DNA of 64,000 bases, taken from NCBI RefSeq assembly GCF_054482525.1, contig NZ_CM137006.1. One strand, 5' to 3'. The position numbers and the translations under genes were made by a program. The notes under the pieces are model-generated. The model did not search any database, was not told the origin of the DNA, and saw only the letters and a program-made list of their open reading frames with translations. Positions 33,159 to 45,393 of the stretch are shown here, piece by piece (the first letter of the stretch is position 1; the number at the start of each line of letters is the position of its first letter).

Positions 33159-34350
33159 CTACCTGCTGCTGCCGCTGATCTACCTGCTGGTTAACGTCAA
33201 AATCGCCCAGCTTGGCGAAAGTTTCCCCATCACCATCGTCACTTTTTTACCTGTCTTGTTACTGCTGTTTTTAGAACGCATCAGCGTTAAAAAATTGATG
33301 ATTGCCTTAGGGATTGGCGCGGGACTCACGGCGTTTAACTACCTGTTTGGTCAGTCGTTGGATGCCAGTAAATACGTCACTTCAACCATGCTGTTTGTCT
33401 ATATTGTGATCATTATTGGCATGGTGTGGAGTATTCGCTTTAAAACGATTTCGCCCCACAACCACCGCAAGATATTACGCTTTTTTTATCTGGTGGTCGG
33501 GTTGGTGGTGGCGCTGGCGGCGGTGGAGATGGCGCAAATTATCCTCACCGGCGGCAGCAGTATTATGGAATCGATTTCGAAATATCTGATTTACAGCAAC
33601 AGCTATGTGCTGAATTTCATCAAATTCGGCGGCAAGCGCACGACAGCACTTTATTTCGAACCGGCATTTTTCGCTCTGGCATTAATCTCAATTTGGCTCA
33701 GCATCAAACAGTTTGGTATCAAAACCCCTAAAACCGATGCTATGATTCTCGCAGGGATAATATTATCCGGATCGTTTTCAGGGGTTATGACCTTTATCCT
33801 GTTTTATTTGCTGGAGTGGGCATTTCAATATCTGAATAAAGAGGCGATTAAGAAAAAGTTACCGTTAGCATTGATTTCTCTGGCTGTATTCCTGGTTGGT
33901 GTGGTAATCGCGTTTCCTTATATTTCCACCCGTCTGGGCGATTTAGGTACGGAAGGATCGTCATCATATTATCGTATTGTCGGTCCGCTGGTGATGGTCG
34001 GTTATTCTTTGACCCATATTGACGGTGTAGTCAGATTTGGCTCACTTTATGAATATGTCGCATCATTCGGAATATTTAACGGTGCGGATGTCGGAAAAAC
34101 CATAGACAATGGTTTGTATCTGCTGATTATTTATTTTTCCTGGTTCGCAGTGTTTTTATCGCTGTGGTACATGGGGAAAGTGATAAAAATGATGATCAAC
34201 GCTTTTGGTGATAACCGCAATTTTCGCGTGCAATTATATCTTTTTACTCCGGTATCGCTGTTTTTTACCGGTTCGATATTTAGCCCGGAATATGCATTTT
34301 TAATCGTCTGTCCGTTTATTTTGCGAAAAGCGTTAAATATTACGAGGTAA
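33133..34350 (+). CDS. wcaD: Colanic acid polymerase WcaD
   Basis: I place the start at the ATG at 33133 ([19 protein letters not shown]...), giving 405 aa and overlapping the wcaC end; polytopic membrane protein. Confidence 0.85.
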   Translation: MSTSIRICSYLLLPLIYLLVNVKIAQLGESFPITIVTFLPVLLLLFLERISVKKLMIALGIGAGLTAFNYLFGQSLDASKYVTSTMLFVYIVIIIGMVWSIRFKTISPHNHRKILRFFYLVVGLVVALAAVEMAQIILTGGSSIMESISKYLIYSNSYVLNFIKFGGKRTTALYFEPAFFALALISIWLSIKQFGIKTPKTDAMILAGIILSGSFSGVMTFILFYLLEWAFQYLNKEAIKKKLPLALISLAVFLVGVVIAFPYISTRLGDLGTEGSSSYYRIVGPLVMVGYSLTHIDGVVRFGSLYEYVASFGIFNGADVGKTIDNGLYLLIIYFSWFAVFLSLWYMGKVIKMMINAFGDNRNFRVQLYLFTPVSLFFTGSIFSPEYAFLIVCPFILRKALNITR

Positions 34351-34354
34351 GAAC

Positions 34355-35101
34355 ATGTTGCTTAGCATAATCACTGTCGCGTTTCGTAACCTCGCAGGGA
34401 TAGTCAAAACACATGCCTCGCTGGCGCATCTGGCGCAGGCGGACGATATCAGCTTCGAATGGATTGTTGTCGATGGCGGTTCCAATGACGGCACCCGTGA
34501 GTACCTGGAAAATCTCAATGGTATCTATAACCTACGCTTTGTCAGCGAACCAGATAACGGTATCTACGACGCCATGAACAAGGGCATTGCGATGGCACAA
34601 GGCAAGTTCGCGTTGTTTCTCAACTCAGGTGATATTTTTCATCAGGATGCCGCAAATTTTGTCCGTAAGTTAAAAGTACAAAAAGATAACGTGATGATCA
34701 CTGGCGATGCGCTGCTGGATTTTGGCGACGGGCATAAAATTAAACGTAGCGCCAAACCGGGCTGGTATATTTATCACAGCCTGCCCGCCAGTCATCAGGC
34801 GATATTTTTCCCGGTATCCGGCTTGAAAAAATGGCGTTATGACCTGGAATATAAAGTTTCTTCTGATTACGCGCTGGCGGCTAAAATGTATAAAGCTGGT
34901 TATGCATTTAGAAAACTCAATGGCCTGGTGTCTGAATTTTCTATGGGTGGAGTATCTACCACCAATAATATGGAATTGTGTGCTGACGCCAAAAAAGTCC
35001 AACGACAAATATTACATGTGCCTGGCTTCTGGACTGAATTATCCTGGCATTTACGCCAACGTACTACCTCAAAGACGAAAGCCTTATATAACAAAAGCTG
35101 A
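34355..35101 (+). CDS. wcaE: Colanic acid biosynthesis glycosyltransferase WcaE (GT2)
   Basis: 248-aa ORF with [10 protein letters not shown] and [11 protein letters not shown] motifs. Confidence 0.88.
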   Translation: MLLSIITVAFRNLAGIVKTHASLAHLAQADDISFEWIVVDGGSNDGTREYLENLNGIYNLRFVSEPDNGIYDAMNKGIAMAQGKFALFLNSGDIFHQDAANFVRKLKVQKDNVMITGDALLDFGDGHKIKRSAKPGWYIYHSLPASHQAIFFPVSGLKKWRYDLEYKVSSDYALAAKMYKAGYAFRKLNGLVSEFSMGGVSTTNNMELCADAKKVQRQILHVPGFWTELSWHLRQRTTSKTKALYNKS

Positions 35102-35116
35102 ATATAAGGGAAAACG

Positions 35117-35665
35117 ATGCAGAATTTAAGTGGTTTCTCGGTACCGAAAGGGTTCCGGGGCGGCAACGCTATTAAAGTGCAATTGTGGTGGGCAGTACAG
35201 GCAACATTATTTGCCTGGTCGCCACAAGTATTGTATCGCTGGCGGGCATTTTTATTACTTTTATTCGGGGCAAAAATAGGAAAAAACGTAGTTATTCGTC
35301 CGTCAGTAAAAATTACCTATCCGTGGAAATTAACTTTAGGTGATTACGCGTGGGTCGGCGATGAGGTCAATTTATATACCCTCGGTGAAATAACCATTGG
35401 CGCACATTCGGTGATATCGCAAAAAAGTTATTTATGCACCGGGAGCCACGACCATGCAAGTCAACATTTCACCATTAACGCCACGCCTATTGTGATTGGC
35501 GAGAAATGCTGGCTGGCGACAGATGTTTTTGTTGCCCCTGGCGTCACGATCGGCGACGGCACCGTCGTGGGTGCACGAAGCAGTGTTTTTAAATCGCTTC
35601 CGGCAAATGTGGTTTGCCGGGGGAATCCCGCAGTGGTGATACGCGAACGCGTTGAAACTGAATAA
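35117..35665 (+). CDS. wcaF: Colanic acid biosynthesis acetyltransferase WcaF (hexapeptide-repeat)
   Basis: 182-aa ORF with hexapeptide repeats. Confidence 0.88.
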   Translation: MQNLSGFSVPKGFRGGNAIKVQLWWAVQATLFAWSPQVLYRWRAFLLLLFGAKIGKNVVIRPSVKITYPWKLTLGDYAWVGDEVNLYTLGEITIGAHSVISQKSYLCTGSHDHASQHFTINATPIVIGEKCWLATDVFVAPGVTIGDGTVVGARSSVFKSLPANVVCRGNPAVVIRERVETE

Positions 35666-35690
35666 ATTCAAAAATACAGAGGAATAAGAC

Positions 35691-36812
35691 ATGTCAAAAG
35701 TCGCTCTCATCACCGGTGTAACCGGACAAGACGGTTCTTACCTGGCAGAGTTTCTGCTGGAAAAAGGTTACGAGGTGCATGGTATTAAGCGTCGTGCATC
35801 GTCATTCAACACCGAGCGCGTGGATCACATTTATCAGGATCCGCACACCTGCAACCCGAAATTCCATCTGCATTATGGCGACCTGAGTGATACCTCCAAC
35901 CTGACGCGCATTTTGCGTGAAGTACAGCCGGATGAAGTGTACAACCTGGGTGCAATGAGCCACGTTGCAGTTTCTTTTGAGTCACCGGAATATACCGCAG
36001 ACGTTGATGCGATGGGTACGCTGCGCCTGCTGGAGGCGATCCGCTTCCTCGGTCTGGAAAAGAAAACCCGTTTCTATCAGGCTTCCACCTCTGAACTGTA
36101 CGGTCTGGTGCAGGAAATTCCGCAGAAAGAAACCACGCCGTTCTATCCACGCTCTCCGTATGCGGTCGCCAAACTGTATGCCTACTGGATCACCGTTAAC
36201 TACCGCGAATCCTACGGCATGTATGCCTGTAACGGTATTCTCTTCAACCATGAATCCCCGCGCCGCGGCGAAACCTTCGTTACCCGCAAAATCACCCGCG
36301 CAATCGCCAACATCGCTCAGGGGCTGGAGTCGTGCCTGTACCTCGGCAATATGGATTCCCTGCGCGACTGGGGCCATGCCAAAGACTACGTAAAAATGCA
36401 GTGGATGATGCTGCAACAGGAACAGCCGGAAGATTTCGTTATCGCGACCGGCGTTCAGTACTCCGTGCGTCAGTTCGTGGAAATGGCGGCAGCACAGCTG
36501 GGTATCAAACTGCGCTTTGAAGGCACGGGCGTTGAAGAGAAGGGCATTGTGGTTTCCGTCACCGGGCATGACGCGCCAGGCGTTAAACCGGGCGATGTGA
36601 TTATCGCCGTTGATCCGCGCTACTTCCGTCCGGCTGAAGTTGAAACGCTGCTCGGTGACCCGACCAAAGCGCACGAAAAACTGGGCTGGAAACCGGAAAT
36701 CACCCTCAGAGAGATGGTGTCTGAAATGGTGGCTAATGACCTCGAAGCGGCGAAAAAACACTCTCTGCTGAAATCTCACGGCTACGACGTGGCGATCGCG
36801 CTGGAGTCATAA
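35691..36812 (+). CDS. gmd: GDP-mannose 4,6-dehydratase
   Basis: 373-aa ORF with a Rossmann N-terminus ([17 protein letters not shown]) and the short-chain dehydrogenase catalytic region. Confidence 0.95.
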
Positions 36813-36814
36813 GC

Positions 36815-37780
36815 ATGAGTAAACAACGCATTTTTATTGCTGGCCATCGCGGGATGGTCGGTTCCGCCATCAGGCGGCAGCTCGAACAGCGCGGTGATGT
36901 AGAGCTGGTATTACGCACCCGCGATGAACTGAACCTGCTGGACAGCCGCGCCGTGCATGATTTCTTTGCCAGCGAACGTATTGACCAGGTCTATCTGGCG
37001 GCGGCGAAAGTGGGCGGCATTGTTGCCAACAACACCTATCCGGCGGATTTCATCTACCAGAACATGATGATTGAGAGCAACATCATTCACGCCGCGCATC
37101 AGAACGACGTGAACAAACTGCTGTTTCTCGGATCGTCCTGTATCTACCCGAAACTGGCAAAACAGCCGATGGCAGAAAGCGAGTTATTGCAGGGTACGCT
37201 GGAGCCGACCAACGAGCCTTACGCCATTGCCAAAATCGCCGGGATCAAACTGTGCGAATCTTACAACCGCCAGTACGGACGCGATTACCGCTCAGTCATG
37301 CCGACCAACCTGTATGGCCCGCATGACAACTTCCACCCGAGTAATTCGCATGTGATCCCTGCATTGCTGCGTCGCTTCCACGAGGCGACGGCACAGAATG
37401 CACCGGACGTGGTGGTATGGGGCAGCGGTACACCGATGCGTGAATTCCTGCACGTCGATGATATGGCGGCGGCGAGCATTCATGTCATGGAGCTGGCGCA
37501 TGAAGTCTGGCTGGAGAACACCCAGCCGATGCTGTCGCACATTAACGTCGGCACGGACGTTGACTGCACTATCCGCGAGCTGGCTCAAACCATCGCCAAA
37601 GTGGTGGGTTACAAAGGTCGGGTGGTTTTTGATGCCAGCAAACCGGATGGTACGCCGCGCAAACTGCTGGATGTGACGCGCCTGCATCAGCTTGGCTGGT
37701 ATCACGAAATCTCACTGGAAGCGGGGCTTGCCAGCACTTACCAGTGGTTCCTTCAGAATCAAGACCGCTTTCGGGGGTAA
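36815..37780 (+). CDS. fcl: GDP-L-fucose synthase (GDP-4-keto-6-deoxymannose 3,5-epimerase/4-reductase)
   Basis: 321-aa ORF starting [19 protein letters not shown]... Confidence 0.95.
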   Translation: MSKQRIFIAGHRGMVGSAIRRQLEQRGDVELVLRTRDELNLLDSRAVHDFFASERIDQVYLAAAKVGGIVANNTYPADFIYQNMMIESNIIHAAHQNDVNKLLFLGSSCIYPKLAKQPMAESELLQGTLEPTNEPYAIAKIAGIKLCESYNRQYGRDYRSVMPTNLYGPHDNFHPSNSHVIPALLRRFHEATAQNAPDVVVWGSGTPMREFLHVDDMAAASIHVMELAHEVWLENTQPMLSHINVGTDVDCTIRELAQTIAKVVGYKGRVVFDASKPDGTPRKLLDVTRLHQLGWYHEISLEAGLASTYQWFLQNQDRFRG

Positions 37781-37782
37781 TG

Positions 37783-38262
37783 ATGTTTTTACGTCAGGAA
37801 GACTTTGCCACGGTAGTGCGCTCCACACCGCTTGTCTCTCTCGACTTTATTGTCGAGAACAGTCGCGGCGAGTTTCTGCTTGGCAAAAGAACCAACCGCC
37901 CGGCGCAGGGTTACTGGTTTGTGCCGGGAGGGCGCGTGCAGAAAGACGAAACGCTGGAAGCCGCATTTGAGCGGCTGACGATGGCGGAACTGGGGCTGCG
38001 TCTGCCGATAACAGCAGGCCAGTTTTACGGTGTCTGGCAGCACTTTTATGACGATAACTTCTCCGGCACGGATTTCACCACTCACTATGTGGTGCTCGGT
38101 TTTCGCTTCAGAGTCGCGGAAGAAGAGCTGTTACTGCCGGATGAGCAGCATGACGATTACCGCTGGCTGACGCCGGACGCGTTGCTCGCCAGTGACAATG
38201 TTCACGCTAACAGCCGCGCCTATTTTCTCGCTGAGAAGCGTGCCGGAGTACCCGGATTATGA
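37783..38262 (+). CDS. gmm: GDP-mannose mannosyl hydrolase (Nudix)
   Basis: I place the start at the ATG at 37783 (MFLRQEDF...), giving 159 aa; Nudix-like fold. Confidence 0.85.
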   Translation: MFLRQEDFATVVRSTPLVSLDFIVENSRGEFLLGKRTNRPAQGYWFVPGGRVQKDETLEAAFERLTMAELGLRLPITAGQFYGVWQHFYDDNFSGTDFTTHYVVLGFRFRVAEEELLLPDEQHDDYRWLTPDALLASDNVHANSRAYFLAEKRAGVPGL

Positions 38263-39482
38263 AAATACTGGTCTACGGCATTAACTACTCGCCGGAGTTA
38301 ACCGGCATCGGCAAATACACCGGAGAGATGGTGGAATGGCTTGCGGCACAAGGTCATGAGGTGCGGGTCATTACCGCACCGCCTTACTACCCGCAGTGGC
38401 AGGTGGGCGAGAACTATTCCGCCTGGCGGTACAAACGAGAAGAGGGGGCCGCTACGGTGTGGCGCTGCCCGCTGTACGTGCCAAAACAGCCGAGCACCCT
38501 GAAACGCCTGTTGCATCTCGGCAGTTTTGCCGTCAGCAGTTTTTTCCCGTTGATGGCGCAACGTCGCTGGAAGCCGGATCGCATTATCGGCGTAGTGCCA
38601 ACGCTGTTTTGCACGCCGGGAATGCGCCTGCTGGCGAAACTCTCTGGCGCGCGTACCGTGCTGCATATTCAGGATTACGAAGTGGATGCCATGCTGGGGC
38701 TGGGCCTTGCCGGAAAAGGCAAAGGCGGCAAAGTGGCACAGCTGGCAACGGCGTTCGAACGTAGCGGACTGCATAACGTCGATAACGTCTCCACGATTTC
38801 GCGTTCGATGATGAATAAAGCCATCGAAAAAGGCGTGGCGGCAGAAAACGTCATTTTCTTCCCCAACTGGTCAGAAATTGCCCGTTTTCAGCATGTCGCA
38901 GACGCCGATGTTGATGCCCTTCGTAACCAGCTTGGCCTGCCGGATAACAAAAAAATCATTCTTTACTCCGGCAATATTGGTGAAAAGCAGGGGCTGGAAA
39001 ACGTTATTGAAGCAGCCGAACGTCTGCGCGATGAACCGCTGATTTTTGCCATTGTTGGGCAGGGCGGCGGCAAAGCGCGGCTTGAAAAAATGGCGCAGCA
39101 GCGTGGACTGCACAACATGCAATTTTTTCCGCTGCAATCGTATGACGCTTTACCCGCACTGCTGAAGATGGGCGATTGCCATCTGGTGGTGCAAAAACGC
39201 GGCGCGGCAGATGCCGTATTGCCGTCGAAACTGACCAATATTCTGGCGGTAGGCGGTAACGCGGTGATTACCGCAGAGGCCCACACAGAACTGGGGCAGC
39301 TTTGCGAAACCTTTCCGGGCATTGCGGTTTGCGTAGAACCGGAATCGGTCGAGGCGCTGGTGGCGGGGATCCGTCAGGCGCTCCTGCTGCCCAAACACAA
39401 CACGGTGGCACGTGAATATGCCGAACGCACGCTCGATAAAGAGAACGTGTTACGTCAATTTATAAATGATATTCGGGGATAA
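38259..39482 (+). CDS. wcaI: Colanic acid biosynthesis glycosyltransferase WcaI (GT4)
   Basis: 407-aa ORF; position and length match wcaI. Confidence 0.88.
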   Translation: MKILVYGINYSPELTGIGKYTGEMVEWLAAQGHEVRVITAPPYYPQWQVGENYSAWRYKREEGAATVWRCPLYVPKQPSTLKRLLHLGSFAVSSFFPLMAQRRWKPDRIIGVVPTLFCTPGMRLLAKLSGARTVLHIQDYEVDAMLGLGLAGKGKGGKVAQLATAFERSGLHNVDNVSTISRSMMNKAIEKGVAAENVIFFPNWSEIARFQHVADADVDALRNQLGLPDNKKIILYSGNIGEKQGLENVIEAAERLRDEPLIFAIVGQGGGKARLEKMAQQRGLHNMQFFPLQSYDALPALLKMGDCHLVVQKRGAADAVLPSKLTNILAVGGNAVITAEAHTELGQLCETFPGIAVCVEPESVEALVAGIRQALLLPKHNTVAREYAERTLDKENVLRQFINDIRG

Positions 39483-39484
39483 TT

Positions 39485-40921
39485 ATGGCGCAGTCGAAAC
39501 TCTATCCAGTTGTGATGGCAGGTGGCTCCGGTAGCCGCTTATGGCCGCTTTCCCGCGTACTTTACCCCAAGCAGTTTTTATGCCTGAAAGGCGATCTCAC
39601 CATGCTGCAAACCACCATCTGCCGCCTGAACGGCGTGGAGTGCGAAAGCCCGGTGGTGATTTGCAATGAGCAGCACCGCTTTATTGTCGCGGAACAGCTG
39701 CGTCAACTGAACAAACTCACCGAGAACATTATTCTCGAACCGGCAGGGCGTAACACGGCACCTGCCATTGCGCTGGCGGCGCTGGCGGCAAAACGTCATA
39801 GCCCGGAGAGCGACCCGTTAATGCTGGTCTTGGCGGCGGATCATGTGATTGCCGATGAAGATGCGTTCCGCGCCGCCGTGCGTAACGCCATGCCATATGC
39901 CGAAGCGGGCAAGCTGGTGACCTTCGGCATTGTGCCGGATCTCCCTGAAACCGGTTATGGCTATATTCGTCGCGGTGAAGTGTCTGCTGGTGAGCAGGAT
40001 ACGGTGGCCTTTGAAGTGGCGCAGTTTGTCGAAAAACCGAATCTGGAAACCGCTCAGGCCTATGTGGCAAGCGGCGAATATTACTGGAACAGCGGTATGT
40101 TCCTGTTCCGCGCCGGACGCTATCTAGAAGAACTGAAAAAGTATCGTCCGGATATTCTCGATGCCTGTGAAAAAGCGATGAGCGCCGTCGATCCGGATCT
40201 CGATTTTATTCGCGTGGATGAAGAAGCGTTTCTGGCCTGCCCGGAAGAGTCGGTGGATTACGCGGTCATGGAACGTACGGCAGATGCCGTTGTGGTGCCG
40301 ATGGATGCGGGCTGGAGCGATGTCGGCTCCTGGTCCTCTTTATGGGAGATCAGCGCCCACACCGCCGAGGGCAACGTTTGCCACGGCGATGTGATTAATC
40401 ACAAAACTGAAAACAGCTATGTGTACGCCGAATCTGGTCTGGTCACCACCGTCGGGGTGAAAGATCTGGTGGTGGTGCAGACCAAAGATGCGGTGCTGAT
40501 TGCAGACCGTAACGCGGTACAGGATGTGAAAAAAGTGGTCGAGCAGATCAAAGCCGACGGTCGCCATGAGCATCGGGTGCATCGCGAAGTGTATCGTCCG
40601 TGGGGCAAATATGACTCTATCGACGCGGGCGACCGCTACCAGGTGAAACGCATCACCGTGAAACCGGGCGAGGGCTTGTCGGTACAGATGCACCATCACC
40701 GCGCGGAACACTGGGTGGTTGTCGCGGGAACGGCAAAAGTCACTATCGACGGTGATATCAAACTGCTTGGTGAAAACGAGTCCATTTATATTCCGCTGGG
40801 GGCGACGCACTGCCTGGAAAACCCGGGGAAAATTCCGCTCGATTTAATTGAAGTGCGCTCCGGGTCTTACCTCGAAGAGGATGATGTGGTGCGCTTCGCG
40901 GATCGCTACGGGCGGGTGTAG
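39485..40921 (+). CDS. cpsB: Mannose-1-phosphate guanylyltransferase (colanic acid copy)
   Basis: 478-aa ORF with the nucleotidyltransferase N-terminus ([16 protein letters not shown]) and a C-terminal cupin domain. Confidence 0.93.
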   Translation: MAQSKLYPVVMAGGSGSRLWPLSRVLYPKQFLCLKGDLTMLQTTICRLNGVECESPVVICNEQHRFIVAEQLRQLNKLTENIILEPAGRNTAPAIALAALAAKRHSPESDPLMLVLAADHVIADEDAFRAAVRNAMPYAEAGKLVTFGIVPDLPETGYGYIRRGEVSAGEQDTVAFEVAQFVEKPNLETAQAYVASGEYYWNSGMFLFRAGRYLEELKKYRPDILDACEKAMSAVDPDLDFIRVDEEAFLACPEESVDYAVMERTADAVVVPMDAGWSDVGSWSSLWEISAHTAEGNVCHGDVINHKTENSYVYAESGLVTTVGVKDLVVVQTKDAVLIADRNAVQDVKKVVEQIKADGRHEHRVHREVYRPWGKYDSIDAGDRYQVKRITVKPGEGLSVQMHHHRAEHWVVVAGTAKVTIDGDIKLLGENESIYIPLGATHCLENPGKIPLDLIEVRSGSYLEEDDVVRFADRYGRV

Positions 40922-41022
40922 CAGTTGAATAATCAACCGGATTAATTCTCCGGTAAATAACGACAAAAACAAAATTGGCCGTTTCGGTCAGGGCCAACTA
41001 TTGCCTGAAAAAGGGTAACGAC

Positions 41023-42393
41023 ATGAAAAAATTAACCTGCTTTAAAGTCTACGATATTCGCGGGAAATTAGGCGAAGAACTGAATGAAGATATTGCCTGG
41101 CGTATTGGTCGCGCCTATGGCGAATTTCTTAAACCGAAAACCATTGTTTTAGGCGGTGATGTCCGCCTCACCAGCGAAACCTTAAAACTGGCGCTGGCAA
41201 AAGGTTTACAGGATGCGGGCGTCGATGTGCTGGATATTGGCATGTCCGGCACCGAAGAGATCTATTTCGCCACGTTCCATCTCAGCGTGGATGGCGGCAT
41301 TGAAGTTACCGCCAGCCATAACCCGATGGATTACAACGGCATGAAGCTGGTGCGCGAAGGGGCTCGCCCGATCAGCGGCGATACCGGACTGCGCGACGTC
41401 CAGCGTCTGGCAGAAGCCAATGACTTCCCTCCTGTCGATGAAACCAAACGCGGTCGCTATCAGCAAATCAATCTGCGTGACGCTTACGTTGATCACCTGT
41501 TCGGTTATATCAACGTCAAAAACCTCACGCCGCTCAAGCTGGTGATCAACTCCGGGAACGGCGCGGCGGGGCCGGTGGTGGACGCCATTGAAGCCCGCTT
41601 TAAAGCCCTCGGCGCACCCGTGGAATTGATCAAAGTGCACAACACGCCGGACGGGAATTTCCCCAACGGTATTCCTAACCCGCTGCTGCCGGAATGTCGC
41701 GACGACACCCGCAATGCGGTCATCAAACACGGCGCGGATATGGGCATTGCCTTTGATGGCGATTTTGACCGCTGTTTCCTGTTTGACGAAAAAGGGCAGT
41801 TTATCGAGGGCTACTACATTGTTGGCCTGCTGGCAGAAGCGTTCCTCGAAAAAAATCCCGGCGCGAAGATCATCCACGATCCACGTCTCTCCTGGAACAC
41901 CGTTGATGTGGTGACTGCCGCAGGCGGCACCCCGGTAATGTCGAAAACCGGACACGCCTTTATTAAAGAACGTATGCGCAAGGAAGACGCCATCTACGGT
42001 GGCGAAATGAGCGCCCACCATTACTTCCGTGATTTCGCTTACTGCGACAGCGGCATGATCCCGTGGCTGCTGGTCGCCGAACTGGTGTGCCTGAAAGGGA
42101 AAACGCTGGGCGAACTGGTGCGCGACCGGATGGCAGCGTTTCCGGCAAGCGGTGAGATCAACAGCAAACTGGCGCACCCCGTTGAGGCGATTAATCGCGT
42201 CGAACAGCATTTTAGCCGTGAGGCGCTGGCGGTGGATCGCACCGATGGCATCAGCATGACCTTTGCCGACTGGCGCTTTAACCTGCGCTCCTCCAACACC
42301 GAACCGGTGGTGCGGTTGAATGTGGAATCGCGCGGCGATGTACCGCTGATGGAAGCGCGAACGCGAACTCTGCTGACGTTGCTGAACGAGTAA
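41023..42393 (+). CDS. cpsG: Phosphomannomutase (colanic acid copy)
   Basis: I place the start at the ATG at 41023 ([14 protein letters not shown]...), giving 456 aa. Phosphoserine loop TASHNP and metal-binding FDGDFDR are present. Confidence 0.93.
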   Translation: MKKLTCFKVYDIRGKLGEELNEDIAWRIGRAYGEFLKPKTIVLGGDVRLTSETLKLALAKGLQDAGVDVLDIGMSGTEEIYFATFHLSVDGGIEVTASHNPMDYNGMKLVREGARPISGDTGLRDVQRLAEANDFPPVDETKRGRYQQINLRDAYVDHLFGYINVKNLTPLKLVINSGNGAAGPVVDAIEARFKALGAPVELIKVHNTPDGNFPNGIPNPLLPECRDDTRNAVIKHGADMGIAFDGDFDRCFLFDEKGQFIEGYYIVGLLAEAFLEKNPGAKIIHDPRLSWNTVDVVTAAGGTPVMSKTGHAFIKERMRKEDAIYGGEMSAHHYFRDFAYCDSGMIPWLLVAELVCLKGKTLGELVRDRMAAFPASGEINSKLAHPVEAINRVEQHFSREALAVDRTDGISMTFADWRFNLRSSNTEPVVRLNVESRGDVPLMEARTRTLLTLLNE

Positions 42394-42404
42394 TGTCGGA
42401 TCTT

Positions 42405-42428
42405 CCCTTACCCCACTGCGGGTAAGGG
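42405..42428 (+). other. Stem-loop (9-bp stem) in the cpsG-wcaJ intergenic region; no U-tract, so probably a processing or stability element rather than a terminator
   Basis: CCCTTACCC cactgc GGGTAAGGG is a perfect inverted repeat. Confidence 0.4.
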
Positions 42429-42447
42429 GCTAATAACAGGAACAACG

Positions 42448-43842
42448 ATGACAAATCTAAAAAAGCGCGAGCGAGCGAAAACCAATGCATCGTTAATCTC
42501 TATGGTGCAACGCTTTTCAGATATCACCATCATGTTTGCCGGACTATGGCTGGTTTGCGAAGTCAGCGGACTGTCATTCCTCTACATGCACCTGTTGGTG
42601 GCGCTGATTACGCTGGTGGTGTTCCAGATGCTGGGCGGCATCACCGATTTTTATCGCTCATGGCGCGGTGTTCGGGCAGCGACAGAATTTGCTCTGTTGC
42701 TACAAAACTGGACCTTAAGCGTGATTTTCAGCGCCGGATTGGTGGCGTTCAACAATGATTTCGACACGCAACTGAAAATCTGGCTGGCGTGGTATGGGCT
42801 GACCAGCATCGGACTGGTGGTTTGCCGTTCGTGTATTCGCATTGGGGCGGGCTGGCTGCGTAATCATGGCTATAACAAGCGCATGGTCGCGGTGGCGGGG
42901 GATTTAGCCGCCGGACAAATGCTGATGGAGAGCTTCCGTAATCAGCCGTGGTTAGGGTTTGAAGTGGTGGGTGTCTATCACGATCCGAAACCGGGCGGCG
43001 TTTCTAACGACTGGGCGGGTAACCTGCAACAGCTGGTCGAGGATGCGAAAGCGGGCAAGATTCACAACGTCTATATCGCGATGCAAATGTGCGACGGCGC
43101 GCGAGTGAAAAAGCTGGTCCATCAATTGGCGGACACCACCTGTTCGGTGCTGCTGATCCCCGATGTCTTTACCTTCAACATTCTCCATTCACGTCTTGAA
43201 GAGATGAACGGCGTTCCGGTGGTGCCGCTTTACGACACGCCGCTTTCCGGGGTTAACCGCCTGCTCAAACGTGCGGAAGACATTGTGCTGGCGACGCTTA
43301 TCCTGCTGCTGATCTCCCCGGTGCTGTGTTGCATTGCGCTGGCGGTAAAACTCAGTTCACCTGGGCCGGTTATTTTCCGCCAGACTCGCTACGGCATGGA
43401 CGGCAAGCCGATCAAAGTGTGGAAGTTCCGTTCCATGAAAGTGATGGAGAACGACAAAGTGGTGACCCAGGCGACGCAGAACGATCCGCGCGTCACCAAA
43501 GTGGGGAACTTTCTGCGCCGCACCTCGCTGGACGAATTGCCGCAGTTTATCAATGTGCTGACTGGCGGGATGTCGATTGTCGGGCCACGTCCGCACGCAG
43601 TGGCGCATAACGAACAATATCGCCAGCTCATTGAAGGCTACATGCTGCGCCATAAAGTGAAACCGGGCATTACCGGCTGGGCGCAGATTAATGGCTGGCG
43701 CGGCGAAACTGACACGCTGGAGAAAATGGAAAAACGCGTCGAGTTCGACCTTGAGTACATCCGCGAATGGAGCGTCTGGTTCGATATCAAAATCGTTTTC
43801 CTGACGGTATTCAAAGGCTTCGTTAACAAAGCGGCATATTGA
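42448..43842 (+). CDS. wcaJ: Undecaprenyl-phosphate glucose phosphotransferase WcaJ (initiating transferase)
   Basis: 464-aa ORF with N-terminal membrane segments and the C-terminal sugar-transferase domain (PRPHAVAHNEQY...KPGITGWAQI). Confidence 0.92.
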   Translation: MTNLKKRERAKTNASLISMVQRFSDITIMFAGLWLVCEVSGLSFLYMHLLVALITLVVFQMLGGITDFYRSWRGVRAATEFALLLQNWTLSVIFSAGLVAFNNDFDTQLKIWLAWYGLTSIGLVVCRSCIRIGAGWLRNHGYNKRMVAVAGDLAAGQMLMESFRNQPWLGFEVVGVYHDPKPGGVSNDWAGNLQQLVEDAKAGKIHNVYIAMQMCDGARVKKLVHQLADTTCSVLLIPDVFTFNILHSRLEEMNGVPVVPLYDTPLSGVNRLLKRAEDIVLATLILLLISPVLCCIALAVKLSSPGPVIFRQTRYGMDGKPIKVWKFRSMKVMENDKVVTQATQNDPRVTKVGNFLRRTSLDELPQFINVLTGGMSIVGPRPHAVAHNEQYRQLIEGYMLRHKVKPGITGWAQINGWRGETDTLEKMEKRVEFDLEYIREWSVWFDIKIVFLTVFKGFVNKAAY

Positions 43843-43843
43843 T

Positions 43844-45322
43844 ATGAGCTTACGTGAAAAAACCATCAGCGGCGCGAAGTGGTCGGCGATTGCCACGGTG
43901 ATCATCATCGGCCTCGGGCTGGTGCAGATGACCGTGCTGGCGCGGATTATCGACAACCACCAGTTCGGTTTGCTTACCGTGTCGCTGGTGATCATCGCGC
44001 TGGCAGATACGCTTTCTGACTTCGGTATCGCTAACTCGATTATTCAGCGAAAAGAAATCAGCCACCTTGAACTCACCACGCTGTACTGGCTGAACGTCGG
44101 GCTGGGGATCGTGGTGTGCGTGGCGGTGTTTTTGTTGAGTGATCTCATCGGCGACGTGCTGAATAACCCGGACCTGGCACCGTTGATTAAAACATTGTCG
44201 CTGGCGTTTGTGGTGATCCCCCACGGGCAACAGTTCCGCGCGTTGATGCAGAAGGAACTGGAGTTCAACAAAATCGGCATGATCGAAACCAGCGCGGTGC
44301 TGGCGGGCTTCACTTTTACGGTGGTTAGCGCCCATTTCTGGCCGCTGGCGATGACTGCGATCCTCGGTTATCTGGTCAATAGTGCGGTAAGAACGCTGCT
44401 GTTTGGCTACTTTGGCCGCAAAATTTATCGCCCCGGTCTGCACTTCTCGCTGGCGTCGGTAGCACCGAACTTACGTTTTGGTGCCTGGCTGACGGCGGAC
44501 AGCATTATCAACTATCTCAATACCAACCTTTCAACGCTGGTGCTGGCGCGTATTCTCGGCGCGGGCGTGGCAGGGGGATACAACCTGGCGTACAACGTGG
44601 CCGTTGTGCCGCCGATGAAACTGAACCCAATCATCACCCGCGTGTTGTTTCCGGCATTTGCCAAAATTCAGGACGACACCGAAAAGCTGCGCGTCAACTT
44701 CTACAAGCTGCTGTCGGTGGTGGGGATTATCAACTTTCCGGCGCTGCTGGGGCTGATGGTGGTGTCGAATAACTTTGTACCGCTGGTCTTTGGTGAGAAG
44801 TGGAACAGCATTATTCCGGTGCTGCAATTGCTGTGTGTGGTGGGGCTGCTGCGCTCAGTGGGGAACCCGATTGGTTCGCTGCTGATGGCGAAAGCGCGGG
44901 TCGATATCAGCTTTAAATTCAACGTATTCAAAACCTTTCTGTTTATTCCGGCGATTGTTATTGGTGGGCAGATGGCGGGCGCGATCGGCGTCACGCTCGG
45001 CTTCCTGCTGGTGCAGATTATCAACACCATTCTGAGTTACTTCGTGATGATTAAACCGGTGCTCGGTTCCAGTTATCGCCAGTACATCCTGAGTTTATGG
45101 CTGCCGTTTTATCTCTCGCTGCCGACGCTGGTGGTCAGTTATGCGCTGGGCATTGTGCTGAAAGGGCAACTGGTGCTGGGGATGCTGCTGGCGGTGCAAA
45201 TAGCCGCAGGCGTGCTGGCGTTTGTGGTGATGATTGTGCTGTCGCGCCATCCGCTTGTGGTGGAAGTGAAGCGTCAGTTTTGTCGCAGCGAAAAAATGAA
45301 AATGCTTTTACGGGCGGGGTGA
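43844..45322 (+). CDS. wzxC: Colanic acid repeat-unit flippase WzxC
   Basis: 492-aa polytopic membrane ORF; position and length match wzxC. Confidence 0.9.
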   Translation: MSLREKTISGAKWSAIATVIIIGLGLVQMTVLARIIDNHQFGLLTVSLVIIALADTLSDFGIANSIIQRKEISHLELTTLYWLNVGLGIVVCVAVFLLSDLIGDVLNNPDLAPLIKTLSLAFVVIPHGQQFRALMQKELEFNKIGMIETSAVLAGFTFTVVSAHFWPLAMTAILGYLVNSAVRTLLFGYFGRKIYRPGLHFSLASVAPNLRFGAWLTADSIINYLNTNLSTLVLARILGAGVAGGYNLAYNVAVVPPMKLNPIITRVLFPAFAKIQDDTEKLRVNFYKLLSVVGIINFPALLGLMVVSNNFVPLVFGEKWNSIIPVLQLLCVVGLLRSVGNPIGSLLMAKARVDISFKFNVFKTFLFIPAIVIGGQMAGAIGVTLGFLLVQIINTILSYFVMIKPVLGSSYRQYILSLWLPFYLSLPTLVVSYALGIVLKGQLVLGMLLAVQIAAGVLAFVVMIVLSRHPLVVEVKRQFCRSEKMKMLLRAG

Positions 45323-45393
45323 GTTGTTGTTTTAGGCACTGGCAATAAAAACAACAACATAACCTCACCTGGCATCAAATTTATGAGGAAAAA

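Noticed and set aside
35982-36779. 265-aa antisense ORF inside the colanic-acid gmd
   Set aside because: Shadow ORF on the opposite strand of a highly conserved gene; no independent start signals.
41206-42210. 334-aa antisense ORF inside cpsG, with a near-identical partial counterpart at 63335-63859
   Set aside because: It is a shadow ORF of manB. Its conservation between the two loci only reflects the near-identity of the two manB copies.
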